In this document: in pieces, positions 25,350 to 38,900 of the stretch
How positions within the stretch are numbered: position 1 is the stretch's first letter
Layout of the letters: every line of letters begins with the position of its first letter
Assembly: GCF_018977255.1 (NCBI RefSeq)
Contig: NW_024704743.1
Coordinates: forward strand, 15,750,001 to 15,814,000
Source of the DNA: Callorhinchus milii
Taxonomy: Eukaryota
Direction: 5' to 3'
DNA: 64,000 nucleotides
Notes under the pieces: model-generated
Databases searched by the model: none
What the model was told of the DNA's origin: nothing
What the model saw: only the letters and a program-made list of their open reading frames with translations
Made by a program: the position numbers and the translations under genes

Positions 25350-25661
25350 GAGTCCTGTAGCTTAGTGGTTAGAGCACTCGCCTTGCAAGCTGGAGAACCT
25401 GGGTTCGATACCAAGTTTCCTTATTCCACACGCCTCTGTTTACTAAGCAGTAATTAGGAATCCGGTTGTTAGTCGATTGGTGGATCGCTTTTCTGGGGGC
25501 AATAATCCCTTAAAAAAAAGATAAATTAAAAAAATGTGGTCACTCAATCCACAACTGTTTATGGGACTGTCAATTCACTTTACAATATATTATGTGAAGC
25601 GCTTTAAGATGTCTCGAAGATATGATAAGGCACTATATCAAATGCAAAGATTATTATTATT
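25350..25661 (+). mobile_element. Young tRNA-SINE with internal deletions
   Basis: GAGTCCTGTAGCTTAGTGGTTAGAGC head, GGGTTCGAT B box, tail. Confidence 0.85.
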
Positions 25662-25974
25662 AAAAGAAGAACTTGCATTTTGATTGTGTCTTTATCACGT
25701 CAAAATTTCTCAAAGTGCTTTACCTTAATAATTATCATGTCTAGTGAATGTTTGTATAAGCAAAAACACAACTGACAGACAGGTATGAGCTGAATGGCCC
25801 AATTTACCCGAAGGTTGTTTGCCAGGATACTGGGAGAGACTTCCTTCCCTTTTTGAATACTGTCTTGGGATCTTTAATATCAATCTGACAGGCAGACAAA
25901 AATAATGAATTAAAGCTTTGTTACTATAAAATACTTGAGTATGTTTAGCAAAAGAAGTAGAATTATCCGTTGCA

Positions 25975-26516
25975 CATTTCCAGACTAGAACCAGATGCCG
26001 GTTTCCCCAGCTCCACTATCCACAAAATCCATCTGATCCAAAGCTCCGCTGCCTGCACACCCACCTGCACTAAACTCCATCCCGCCATCACACCAGTCCA
26101 AGCCAGACTCCACTGGCTCTCTCTATGGCCAAACAGATCGATTTCAAGATCCTCACACTCGTCTTCAAATCCCTTCATGCCCTGATCACCTCCCTACCTC
26201 TCTGACCTGCTTACTCCACAACCCACTACCCACTGCCTCTGCTCGACTGACTCTGGTCTCCAGCATTTCCCTCATGCCCTGTGTTCCACTATTGGTGGCT
26301 GGACTTTCAGCCACTACGTCCAGAAATTCTGGAACACTCTTTCTCTATTCTTTCGTCTTGCCCCCTCCTTCCCTGTCTTCAGGTTGCATCTGAAGACCTT
26401 CCTCTTCATCCGTGCCTATGGTCATCTCCCGACTCACCCCTACTCCTCCACTGTCATACGCTCTGGGACGCTACATGGGACGCTATGAGGCTCTCTATAA
26501 ATGCAAGTTGTTGTTG
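25975..26516 (+). mobile_element. L2 3' fragment
   Basis: IHLIQSSAA...ARLHWL; (TTG)n tail. Confidence 0.85.
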
Positions 26517-26549
26517 TAGAACCCCAGCAATAAATGTCTTATGATTAAT

Positions 26550-26740
26550 AGGACAATTTCAGGGCAGACAGAGGAAGTGTTTTTTTATCCAGAGGGTAAT
26601 TAACAGCTGGAACAGGTTATCAGGCAGCGTGGTTTAAGCCTCATTTAAGAAACTGCTTGATTCTGTAATGGGAGAATGGGTATTTGGAAAGGATGACATC
26701 AAATGAACCAAAGACCCTTCTTCACCCAACCCTTTCTTGA
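26550..26740 (+). mobile_element. CR1 3' end
   Basis: AGGAAGTGTTTTTTTATCCAGAGGGTAATTAACAGCTGGAAC (RKCFFIQRVINSWN). Confidence 0.6.
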
Positions 26741-26770
26741 TATTTGCACACTTATAGTATATTAATGGCT

Positions 26771-27905
26771 ACAACAACAACAACAAATTACATTTATAGA
26801 GCGCCTTTCACGTCGGGAGGATGTCCCAAGACTCTGGACAGTCAGGGGTTGGGACCCGAACATGGGGGAGGGGTGGGGTAGGGGTGAGGGAAGGCAGAGA
26901 GGTGGGAGGGCGACCGATCGAAGAGAAGGGTTGTGAGACCGATCTTGAAGGAGGCAAGGGAGGAAGCAAGGTGAAGTGACTGTGGGATGGAATTCCAGAT
27001 TGTGGGGGTAGAGAGATTGAAAGCCCGGCCACCGATGGTAGGACGGGTCGGGCGGGAGACATGAAGCAGACCGGAGCTCGATGAACGGAGGGAGCGGGCA
27101 GGTTGGTAGGGAGTCAGCAGGTCAGAGAGGTAGGAGGGGACAAGGCCATGGATGACCTTGAAAGTGAGGACGAGGATCTTGAATTTGATCCTCTGAGGGA
27201 TAAGGAGCCAATGGAGTCGGGCAAGGGTGGGAGTGAAGGGGTCGCGGAGCCTGGTGTGCGAGAGTACACGAGTTGCAGAGTTTGGGATGATCTGCAGCTT
27301 GTGAAGGGAAGAGTTGGGAAGGCCGATGAGGAGGGAGTTTCCATAATTGAGCCTTGATGTGACGAATGCGTGGGTGAGGGTTTCGGCAGCCTGAGGGGTG
27401 AGGCAGTGGCGGAGTCTGGCAATGTTGCGAGGTGGTGGTAGGCAGTGCCGGTCATGGCGCGGATGTGGGGGAGAAAGGGCAGTTCAGGGTCAAACAAGAC
27501 ACCCAGGTTCCTGACTGGTTTAGTGAGGTTGAGTGTGCAGCTATGGATGCTGATGCTGCCAGCGCCCGAGGTGCAGAGGCGCTGGCGTGAGCCAATCAGG
27601 AGTGCCTCGGTCTTGCTGACGCTGAGTTGGAGAAAGTTTTCCCACGTCGAGGACTTGATGTCGGACAGGCAGTCGTTCAGGACACCAGTGGTTCTGGAGT
27701 TCAGGGTGGAGGCAGAGAGATAGAGTTGGGTGTCATCCCCATGTGTACGGATGATGTCATTAAGGGAGAGCATGTAGAGGGTGAAGAGGAGTTGATCCAG
27801 GACAGAGCCCCGAGGAACACCGCACAAGACGGTGCGGGGGCTGGAGGAGAAGCCGTTTGCTGTGACGAAATGGAGGCGGTGTGAAAGGTAGGACCTGAAC
27901 CACGC
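26771..27905 (-). mobile_element. Young L2, 5'-truncated within RT
   Basis: ORF 27114..27923 WFRSYLSHR...CGVPRGSVL...HGDDTQLYLS (VNFHMYA missing in frame); complete tail. Confidence 0.92.
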
Positions 27906-28129
27906 TGCACTATGTACATGCATTATAATTCCAAGCAGGAATGGAAGTCATTACAAAGTAGATTCCACCCCTCTTTAATAATTTTGTTCTTTCTTTTTTC
28001 TCACTGTTAATATTGCCCTTTGTCGAATGTGCTTTCTTTACAACTACATTTCATTCATTGTTTCATGTAGATACTGTTATAATTCTCAGTCAGAATGCAA
28101 GTGCGAATGATAGATGGGTTAGGAAATGA

Positions 28130-28764
28130 AATGACAGCAGTTAAGATAGAGAGAAAGGGGATACTAAATAAATTAGACAAGCTTAAAGATGGCTGAGCAC
28201 CAGATCCAGATGGACTGCACACAAGGATTCTTAAAGAACTTAGGAAGGAGATAATGAAGCATTACAGTCATACAGATTTTGGAACTCAGTAGGACAGATG
28301 TAATTCCTATTTATAAAAAGAAAGGAGAGAGTGAATCCAGGTAATTACAAGCCAGTTCGCTTAACATCTGTGGAAAGGAAGATATTGGAGTTGTTAATAA
28401 AGGATGAAATAACCAACCAAGAGGAAGTGGATGTAATTAAAAGCAGTCAGTGTGGATATATGAAAGGAAAGTCATGCTTGACCAACCTTAGCAAATTTAT
28501 TGAAGAAATAACAAATAAAGTAGATAGAAATTAATGCAGTGGTTTGTGCTGCATGTGGACTTCAAGAAGGCCTTTGATAAAGTGCCATACGAGAGTCTCA
28601 TGGCTAAAATCAAGACATATGGAGTCAAAGGAGAGGTAGCAGATTGGCCTGAAAGATGGCTAGGAAATACAAAGCAAAGAACAGGATTAAAGGGCAGATT
28701 GTCAGACTGACAAAAAGTGGGACATAATGTTCTACAGAGATATTAGGAACCCACTGTTCACATC
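28130..28764 (+). mobile_element. CR1 ORF2 RT fragment
   Basis: NPGNYKPVRLTS, KGKSCLTNL, DFKKAFDKVP motifs. Confidence 0.85.
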
Positions 28765-29620
28765 CTTAATATCAACATGTTCCCACTTGTCATCTGGACA
28801 CATGGAGTTAATTTCCACATGTATCCAAACAAAGCCTAGTGCTATCTCTCTGCCTCCACCCTCAATTCCAGGACCACTGCTGTTCTGACTGATTGCCTGT
28901 TGGACATTAAGTCCTGGATGAGCTCTACTTTCCTCGTAAAAATGTCAACAAGACAGAGGCTCTCCTGCTTGGCTCCTGTCAGTGCCATCTCACCTCAGGG
29001 GCTGACAGCAGCAAACTGCTTGGATGCCACACTCCACCTCACAGAGCCTGTGTAGAACCTCAGTGTATTTGACTCTCATATGTCCGTATCAGTGCTCTGA
29101 CCTTCTCAGCTTTCCCCCACCTCTGTAACATCACCTGCCTCCACCATAACCTCTCCCTTTGTTCACATTCATCACATCCAGGATAGATACCGGCAACTCT
29201 GCTCGCCACACTTCCTGCCTCTTCCCTTCACAAGCTGCAGCTCATGTCCTTTCCTGTACTTGTCTCCGCAAGCCTATCAGCCCCATCCTCACATGACTCC
29301 ATTACTTCTCCATCCCCCCATCAGACTGAGTTCAGGATCCTCGTTCTAGCATTATATCCCATCATGATCTTGCCCCTCCCCACCTCTGCGACCTCCACAA
29401 ACTCCACAAATAGTCAGTCATTCCCTTTGCTCACGACCCCCACCCCACCATCGGTTGTTATGCTTTCAGCATATCTGTCCCCACTCTGGAACTCCATCCC
29501 ATAGTCACTTTGACTCACCTCCTTCTCTTGCCTCCTTCAAGGTCCATCTCTTTGTCTGCAATTTTGGCCATTTTTCCCCTCCCTACCTCCCTGGACCCCA
29601 CCCCTAGCTTGGGTGCAAAC
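28765..29620 (+). mobile_element. L2 RT-to-3' fragment fused to the preceding CR1
   Basis: [26 protein letters not shown] motifs. Confidence 0.8.
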
Positions 29621-30377
29621 CTTAGTCTTGGTCTTTCACAAGCTAAGGCGAGGTGAAATTTTGGAGCTTGCGCCTTTTTGTTTGGGTTTTGGGAGTCTTA
29701 TCTTTGTCAAGAATTGACGTGATAGCAAAGAGCTCAACCACAATTCGAAACTATTGTCGACTTATTTCGTAAATATCTGTTTTGAATCGCATTGGATATT
29801 GTCTCCAACTCACTACTAAACAATTTGTTTGTGGTGTGAGCGCATGCGTGCTTATTTGCATCTTTAGTAAGTGCCAAATAAAGGCTTTGGGATGTAACCA
29901 CATTAAAGCAATACCCTAAAGCTCCTTAATAAGATCACGCAAAAGACAAGCTTAGAGCCATTGCTTCATGACCTGAAAAATGCTTTTTTTTTTTACAGTG
30001 TATGATCTTTTACACCGGATATAGTTCAAGATGTTACATTCTGGAGATGTTTGGAAATGCTGGTGCACAATAACATGTATCTGTGCAGCACAGAACTTGA
30101 CATATCAAACAGATGTTCCAAGAAGGGAAAGAATTAGTAGCAGTGAAGAATCCTTTCACTTATCTAGTATGTAGCCACAGTTCAAATAACCTGGACGTGA
30201 TGAAAATTGGCCGAGCAGCTTAGTAGCCTGGAAAGGAGTGGCAGTGTCGGAGTCAGGCAAGATTACAAGTAACATAAAGTACTACATTGGCAAATGCCCC
30301 AATTACTTTGGGAAACGAGTCCAACACCACCTTGAGGTTATTTATCACTGGACCATTAAGTCTAACGTCCTCCTAAC

Positions 30378-30670
30378 CAACAACAACAACTTGTACTTAT
30401 ATAGCGCTCTTCATGCGGGATAGTGTCCCGGAGAACTTCACAGTGACGGAGTCTGACCTCGAGTCAGTGGGAGAGGGAGGTGGCCGTAAGCATAATCGGA
30501 AAGGAAAGCCTTTAGGCAGGACTTGAAAGTGGGGAGGGAGAGGGCAAGGTAGAGGGATTGAATGAGAGAGTTCCAGAATTTTTGGGGTGTGGTGGTTGTA
30601 GGCACAGCCACCGATTGTGGAGTGGAGGGAACGAGGGACAAACAGGAACCAGCCGAGCGGAGGCATCAAG
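30378..30670 (-). mobile_element. L2 3' end
   Basis: STIGGCAY..., FWNSL, FKSCLKAFL; (CAA)n tail. Confidence 0.85.
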
Positions 30671-30994
30671 TTGTGGTAACTAGTTTAATTCAACAAGGTG
30701 TGGTAGTGCAATGATGTGGTGTAGATTCCTACTTATATTGTCAGTAGACTGTGAGCAAGCTTAATCTTAAAGAGTTTGTTACTGATTCCATAGCAGGGGG
30801 CTTACTCTTACACAATGTAAGCAAATTCACATCAATTGCTCTTGCCGCAATATTGCTTTATGTACTCACATGTTCTTGCATGTCCTTAGTAACATTGACT
30901 GAATACAAATACAGACTCCAACAAAAAAAGTTACATTTGTATAGCACCTTTCACATTGGGAGGATGTCTTAAAGTGCTTCACAGAACTGACTGG

Positions 30995-31380
30995 ATAATA
31001 ATAATAATAATATGTGCATTTGATATAGCACCTCATCACATCTTCGAGATGTCTCAAAGCATTTCACAGAATATACTGTAAAGTGAATTGACTGTATATT
31101 TTGTGAGAGAAACATGACAGCAGTTTGTTTACAGCAGTGTCCCACAAACAGTCGTGGATTGAAGTGACCAATTTATTATTATATTAAAAAAAATTTTGAA
31201 AGAGTTATTACACACAGAAAAGTGATCTGCCAATCGACTAACACCCGGGTTCCTACTTCTGTTAGTTAAACAGAGGCGTGTGGAGTAAGGAAACTTGCCC
31301 AACGTTTCACCTGCCCCGGAATCAAACCCAGGTCTCTTTGTTTGTGAGGCGAGTGCTCCAACCACTAAGCTACAGGATTC
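30995..31380 (-). mobile_element. Young tRNA-SINE, long subfamily
   Basis: Full reverse-complement layout. Confidence 0.88.
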
Positions 31381-32189
31381 GATACTCCCTGAGCAGGGGG
31401 TAGGGGGAGCTGATGAATGTGAGGGAGGGGGGGGGAGGTGACCCAAAAACATGGTCAAAAAGAAAGGTCTTCAGGTGGGTTTTAAAGGTTGGGAGGAAGC
31501 GATGAAGCGGACAGACTTCTTCCAAAAGGTTGGCTCAGTCCACTGATCCCAGGCAGTCCTGTAAACTGTGTGTTCCCATCTAATTCTACCCACATGAAAT
31601 GATCACTAATGTTACAACAGCTTATATAATGTGTTTCACATAGAATCAACACCTCAAAGTATTTAACAGCAATGATGGGGAGCTGGGAGAAGCAAGGGAG
31701 AATTAATGATGTTGACCGAAAGCATGGTCTTGAAGGCAGTAAGAGGAAGCGAGGTAAACAGGTTAGCAATCAGCTTGTAATAGTGCGCTATAGAAGAGAT
31801 TTATAACCCAATAAGACAAGAGTGGATTACGTTTCATTAAAGTGCTTTTCCTTTGCACTGATTTTATTATGTCCCTAATTCAGGACCATAATTGTGTAAG
31901 ATCTCCTAGAATTTACAGCACAGGAGCAGTCCCACCCTTTTACCAGTTGAACTTATGCTGGAGCCGTCTCATCCTTGGGAACTAACCACTTTCACGTCAA
32001 TTCTTTCCCTGAACCCCTCAAACGCTTATCCAACTCATCTTTCTATCACCTAATGCCAGTAGTTAGAGATGGCTGAAAAAACTCTTCACAGGATTTATTA
32101 TAAAATGCAGTGATTTTGTAGGCAAAATGTTGATACGGTGATTCTTATAAGCTTTGTCGTTTACTTTGTGATTTAAACTGTTATGCCCC

Positions 32190-32690
32190 AAATACTTTGT
32201 CTGATGCAGCTTTTACTCCCACCAGATCTTGTTTTTATTACTTTTAATCACGTCCAGGTTTGACTCCACCAATGCTATGCTCTGTGCACTCTCAGCTCTT
32301 CACTACACTAAAAGTCTGAAGCCCATATCCTCTCCTGCACCATTCCTTGCTTGGCTCCATTGGTTTCCCATTCCCCAGCAGATCAAGTTTGAGATCCTCA
32401 TTCTTTCCTTCAAATTCCTTTCTCAGTCCACCTTACCTCTGTGATCCTGTGCTTCATGTCCCCGCCCTATCTGCCCCACTATTGGCACATTCTGTCTCCA
32501 TTTCATCCATTCTGCCCCTGCTCTGTGGAACTCCATCCCTGAGTGCCTTCAACTCATTTGGCCCTCACCTCGTTCAAGCTTCATCTCAGGACGTACCTCT
32601 TTGACCGTGCTTTCAGTTATCATTGCCTGCCCCACCCTGCTCAACTCCTATCCTCAACTTAGTTGCCCAACCAGCAGTGTCATGTTCTTT
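32190..32690 (+). mobile_element. Old L2 3' fragment
   Basis: ITSRFDSTNAML, AWLHWFPIPQQIKFEIL. Confidence 0.7.
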
Positions 32691-32769
32691 ACAATACAAT
32701 ATAAATTTACATTTATACAGTGGCTTTCATGTTGGGAGGATGTCCCACGACATTTGGCAGTCCTCGATT

Positions 32770-33430
32770 AGGCTTTGAGTGTCCCGAAGGGAGAGGTAGT
32801 GGCAAAAGTGGGCAGTATTTCGGAGGTGGAAGAAAACTGAGCAGATATGGGGTTTAAAGGACAGTTAGGAGTTGAACAAGAATGGAACTGAGGTTCCATA
32901 CTGGCTGCATGAGGTGGAGGGAGTGCAGCATCCATGCAAGTTGATGTTGCCAGCGCCTGAGGGAAGAAGGTGCTGACAGGAGCCAAACAAGAGGACCTCT
33001 GTCTTGTCAACATTCAACTGGAGAAAGTTGACTCTCATCCAGAACTTCATGTCTGGCAATCGGTAAGAACAGCAGTGGTCCTGGAATCGAGGGTGGTGGA
33101 AGAGAAATAAGAGTGAGGTGTCATCCTTATACATGTGGAAGTTAGACCTTTTCATGACTGCAGATGACATTACCGAGTGGAAGAAGTAGATGTTAAAAAG
33201 AGAAGAACTGAGGATAGAGCCCTGAGGAACGTCGCATGGGACAGTGTGGGGAACGAGAGATGAAACCGTTAGAAAAGACAAAATGGAGACATTGGAATAG
33301 GTTAGAGTGAAACCAGCATAGGTCTGAACCATAAAGATAGAGTTGAGAGGAGAAGTGGAAGAGAAGAATAGAGTGGTCAATAGTGTCAAAGGCAGCAGAG
33401 ACATCAAGGAGTACAAGAAGACAAGGTAAA
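32770..33430 (-). mobile_element. L2 RT fragment
   Basis: LVLLDVSAAFDTIDH, DVPQGSIL, NFHMYKDDT, NFLQLNVDKTEVLLFG. Confidence 0.82.
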
Positions 33431-33764
33431 AAAGGGGCCATTGTATTTTTGGTATTTACTGTTTTCCTAAATAATAACAAAAATGAAACAGATCAACAGG
33501 CTTGCATCCTTGTGAATAATTCTTTGTTTTGACATTCCATAGCCAACAGTTTTTGACAATTGACGTGTTGCCTGGCTTCTGCTAATTTTGTTCTGTAAAC
33601 AGATGTTAGGAGACACAGAAGCGGAGACTATCTGTCAGGTATCTTGGGGAATCTGGAATGACTGGATCCCAGTGATTAAAAATAGCGCTTGGGAATTCAA
33701 AATACGTAACAGCTTAGAAAACTGTCAGACAAGAGCAGCGTTCTTGTTATCAGTTCCATGGTAA

Positions 33765-33945
33765 ACAACAACAACAAGATTACATTGGTATAGCACCTTT
33801 CACGTCGGGAGGATGTCCCAAGGTTCTGGACAGAGTACAGCATTTCAGACCCGAGCTGGGGTTGGAGGGGTAAGGGAGGGGAGGGAAAGGGGGGTGGCCG
33901 ATGGCATGGTCGAAGAGGAGGGTCTTGAGGCAGGACTTGAAGGAT
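33765..33945 (-). mobile_element. L2 3' end
   Basis: FKSCLKTLLFD and young-type stem-loop tail. Confidence 0.8.
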
Positions 33946-33954
33946 ATGATATAC

Positions 33955-34200
33955 AAAGAATGATATGGCAAAGAAACAGGCTATTCATCCCATCTAGTGC
34001 ATGCCAGTGTTTATACTCCACACAAGCCTCCTCCCGAGCCTTCACCCCTCCTAATCCCCTCTCATATACTCCTCTAGTCCTTACTCCCTCATGTATCCAT
34101 CAAGTTTCCTCTTAAATATGTTGATGCTTTTTGCTTCAACCACTGCATTCTCATCATCCTCTGGTAAAATAAGTTTTTCCTAAGCTCCTTTTTCTATCTG
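33955..34200 (-). mobile_element. CR1 3' end
   Basis: AGAAACAGGCTATTC...TTTATACTCCACACAAGCCTCCTCCC reverse-complement tail. Confidence 0.6.
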
Positions 34201-34214
34201 CTACTAGTCTCAAA

Positions 34215-34828
34215 ATGCTTACCCCAAATGCAGCTGAAACCCTTGTGCATGAGTTTGTCACCTCCCGCCTGGATTATTCAAAAGCACTCCTCGCTGGTCT
34301 CCCCAGCTCCACTATTGAAAAAATTCAGCTCATTCAGAACTCTGCTGCCTGCATACTGACCTGGAAAAAACTCTGTGCTCCCATCTCACCAGTTGTGGCC
34401 AGGCTCCACTGCTCCCCAGCACTGAATGGATTGACTTCAAGGTCCTCACACTCATGTTCAAATCGCTTCCACTCCCTGGCACCTCCTTACTTCTCAGACC
34501 TCCTCACTTCCCAATCCACCATTCAGTGCCTCCGTTCGACCGCAACCTGCTTGTCCCTCGCACCTTCCGCTTCACCACTGGAGGTTGCGCTTTCAGCCAC
34601 TATGCCCCGAAACTTTTAAACACTCTCCCTCAATCCCGCCACCTTGCCCCCTCTTCCCCCTTTTTCAAGTCCTGCCTTAAAACTTTCCTTTTCGACCATG
34701 TTTACAGTCATCTTATACCCCCCACACCCCCTCCCCCTGGCTCAGAATCAGGTTCCGCCATTGTTAAGCACTCTGAGACACTGCCCTGCATGGAGGGCGC
34801 TATATAAGTGCAAGGTTGTTATTGTTGT
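34215..34828 (+). mobile_element. L2 3' fragment
   Basis: AETLVHEFVTSRLDYS...IQNSAA...AFSHYAPKL; tail. Confidence 0.88.
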
Positions 34829-35644
34829 AGTGACTTGTTTTAGACTCATTCACAAGTGAAATGGCCTATTAATGAACACCTTATCAAATCATTTCACAAT
34901 CTTAAACACCTCGATCAGATTCCAACCCAATGGCCTAATCACCAGAGAGATAAGGTCTCCTCTATCATTCCAGTGAGAGAAAGCAAAATAATTTAATGGA
35001 TGTAATTGAACACCAGCATCCCCTGCACACCCCAAAGAATGGACTGATGACGAGAAATAAAACGTTCAACACCAGCAAATCCTACACTACACAGATGGCT
35101 TGTGAAGAGAGAGATGTAAAGTGAGAAGGCAGAAAAGAAGAGAAACAAAGGAAAAGGCAAGAACAACAAAAAGTCAGAGAAGAAGTGTCATCCAATTTTA
35201 TGCCACACCAAATGTGCAGTCTTGTCTCTACGTAAATCAAGAACAGGAAGCTGTGTTTTCATCACCTGCTCACATGGCTGTGAAATTGTGAGAAAGCAGA
35301 CTTATGTGTCTGCACAACCACCTACGCAGAGGCTTACTGCCTCCCATTGTCGGTCAGACATTTTATGATTGAAAAGAGCTGACAAGATAGGTATGTCTTT
35401 TCATTTGTTGGTGTACAGTATATTGCAGTTACTTTTAACCTGCAAAGCTTCCTGTTTTAGTGCCATGTTACATCAGTTGCGCTATACAACACTTCAGCCA
35501 ATATCCATATTTCTCAATGCTGGACCATCTCTTCCAGATGACTTCACTATTAGGGCACCAATGTATTTGTTCATTTTATGCAGTACCTTTTGTTAGATCT
35601 GTGCCCATGGGGACAATATAGAACCATTATAACTTGGAGAATCT

Positions 35645-35935
35645 AAAACAACAACAAATTACATTTGTATAGCGCCTTTCATAATGGGAGGACGTCCCAA
35701 GGTGCTGGACCGTCAGGGATTTTGACCCAAGCAGGAGTTTGGGGTCAGGAGGGGTGAAGACCCAGGAGAATAGGGGATGACCAAAGACACAGTCGAAGTG
35801 GAGGGTCTTGAGATGGCAAGGGAGTGAGCGGGGTGAAGGTAATGTGTGATGGATTTCCAAAGGATGGGGGCAGAGAGACTGAAGGTCCCACCGCCGATGG
35901 TGGGGAGGCCGGGCGGCGGACATGGAGCAGATGGA
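35645..35935 (-). mobile_element. L2 3' end
   Basis: PTIGGGTFSLSAPILW; young-type tail. Confidence 0.8.
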
Positions 35936-38900
35936 ATGGACAGGTCTATTGCAGGAGATGCGGGGTTAAGTGGGCTAATATACACATATGTGCAAAAATG
36001 CGGATTTGGATGGTACCCACGTGGAAAGGAGTGTGCTTGCTTTTAATCCTTTGACTAATTTTTATGGACTATGACAGAACTATGACTATGGACTGAATTG
36101 TCTATGACTATGGACTGAATGTCTGGTATAGCAGTATGGAGCAGCCTGGCGTTGCCTCATTCTCTGGTTTACTCTTGCCATTTGTGGGCAAGCGTCTAGC
36201 CTGCTCACTGCCCACATTTCCTCCGTTCACTGCTTTCTTTCAACTGTGAGGCTGAGATCAGCCTCTCTCCGTGTGAAACGAATCTACATGACGTAGCACA
36301 TCAATACATGGCAAATCACCCACTTAGTATATCTCTTAACACATGTTTCAGAGGTAGATTTGAACAGAAGTGGGCAATTCAGCCTGTCAAGGCTGCTGCT
36401 CCTTTAAATCTACGTTAAATCTTTAATTCCATTTTATACGCTTTTTAGTAAATATTTTCTTCCTCTAATTCATCAAAAATTGTAACAACAAATGCCACCC
36501 ACTTATAATAATACTTCCATTTGAATAATAATAATTTGTATAACCCTCACATTTATCACATTGCCAGATTGTCTCAAAGGGAATTACAGGACTTACTGTA
36601 AAGTGTAGTTACTGTGTATTTATAGGCCAAAGTAGCAACCAATTTTCACACAGCAATGTCCCACAAACAGCCATGAACTGAATGATCTGCTCCATTGCTG
36701 CTGCTGATCACAGAGACCAATGTTTGAGTCCAGGTAAAAGTACCAAATTATGTCTGTCAGTATGCGGTGAAGCAGCACTCAAATGCTGAGTCCAAGATTC
36801 TGCTAGGAGGCAGGATTGGGTTTTGAAATTGAGCCATTGCCCACAAAATACAGTCAATCCACATTACAGTATATCCTGTGAAGCACTTTGAGACCTCTCG
36901 ACATTGTGATAAGGCGCTATGTCAAATATAAGGATTATTTTTATTAATTGAGGGACTCATTCAGATCCATGGCCAATCTTTAGTAGTGTAGAAAATGTTC
37001 AGCATTTTAGAACAGATGTGACAACGTTTTGACTAATTGTTGAATCTGCTGTGAAACCCTCTTATATTGAACTATTCTCTCTAGGTCCTGGGGGGAATAG
37101 GAGAGAAGAACAGGAGGGGTGGAGGCTTGTGTGGAGTATAAATACTGGCACAGACTACTCGAGCCGAATGGCGGTTACTGTGGTGTATCATTCTATATCA
37201 TTCCATATAATTCTATGAAATTTTCTGGCCCATTGAAATACAGCTCTCCACCAGTTTTCCTAATGTGACATGTGTATCACATTGTGGTTCTCTGAATGAT
37301 CCCTTTGCTGTGCACTTGCTTTTATCCTTTCCAGTTCTCACACCCTTTTCTCAACAGTCGACAATTAGTAAAGGTAGGATTAGTACAGAGGCAACTAAGC
37401 AGTCACTGCAGGACATGTTGAAAATGCCAGCCAGACCTCAGTTGACCCTGTAGGTGAATGGGTTTCTGCAAGGTCTTAAAACTCCCTGTGTTAGAACTTC
37501 TGACTGCACTCCACTCAACAAAGTGTTGCGTATCAACAGAGTACCTCAGTCTCAAGAAGTTCCCATGAGTGATGGGTCAGGGAGGTCTACTCAATCATAC
37601 AATCCCATCCTGTACTAAACTATATTTCTTCCGCCTTCTACCACACTGTGATATAAACATGAGCTGATCTTCTCACCCATCAGATTCAAGGATCGCATGC
37701 TTCTGAGATGTTGTGATTTTTCCAAATAACAATAGTGATAATTTTACACATCTGGGTCTTCAGATTATGTTAATAGTTTGATCTTAACCAAACTAGTTGG
37801 ATGGGTAGATGCTTCCTAGCAGAGTGGTAGAGGATTCTAATCTTCAATAATTAATTGGCAAAGAATTTGTAGGTGTCTATCTTCTGTGATCTCCTGCCAA
37901 GTCCCAGCAGCCTCCTTTGGCTGCAATCCAACTTTATGGAAGTCAGAATTGAGATCAGTGTCCAAGTAGAGATTGGAGGGTCAACCTCAAACACATCTGG
38001 ATACCTGCAGCATTCGCAATTTACAAATCCTTTTTGCAACTCTCACAGGCTAAACCGCAGACCAAGATCTGATTATGCTTGTCCTGACTCACAGTCTGGT
38101 TTTGACTTTGAATGAGCCTATCACCATTACGTTTCTCCTCCTCCATCAACTGAGAACTGGTAATCTTACTCTATGCTGAGTCAAAACTGTCTCTTTTCAA
38201 CTCCCCCCTGTTTCCCAGCACCACACTAGTAACACCCTGAAGCTTATGGTCTGGCTACTCAGAGTGCATTAAACTGAACGTACATGACACAGGCAGATTT
38301 GAGTGTGATCCAGCATTGATCCTCAAATCCATTACTCTAATGCTCGGGGAGATACTTTAACTACTGTACTACTGTGCTCTTTTCTAGGCTGTGATCCCTA
38401 AACAAACATTTCTTTCTATCTATGCTATAGTCAGCCCATGACAGCTCTTGCGCAGCATGTTTTCAAGTGCCCTATCCTGAGGCTAGGGTTTCCCAAGAAA
38501 CAGTCTTTACAAACCCAGCAATCCATTCATTCCCAAGCCTGATTGGATTGCCACTATTTTCCGTGGATCACTGCCAAGGGTGTGTTCTACACATGCTTAT
38601 ATAAACTATTGTTTTGATTGCAGCAGGATGGGAGGAACTGGGTCAGGTATACCACTGACTATACTAAATACATTGGAATGTCTGTCCTTTTCCTTCAACA
38701 TTTCCAGATGCAGTTTTTCCTTATGATTTGCTCCAGCACATGTGCCCAGCGGGAGATTTCTGTTCCCAAATAGTCTGTAGTAGGACATCCCTTCACCATG
38801 CTGTAAAATCATTCAATTCAGTCCAGTCATGGGACCCCGCTGTCTATCACTGTCTGGGATGAAACCCAATGCCGGTAAAATAAACCAAACATAAAATCAA

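Noticed and set aside
38619..38775. Acceptor-like site then QDGRNWVRY (discoidin-like DGxxW)
   Set aside because: Only a very short motif match; the rest of the frame is unlike F5/8 domains.
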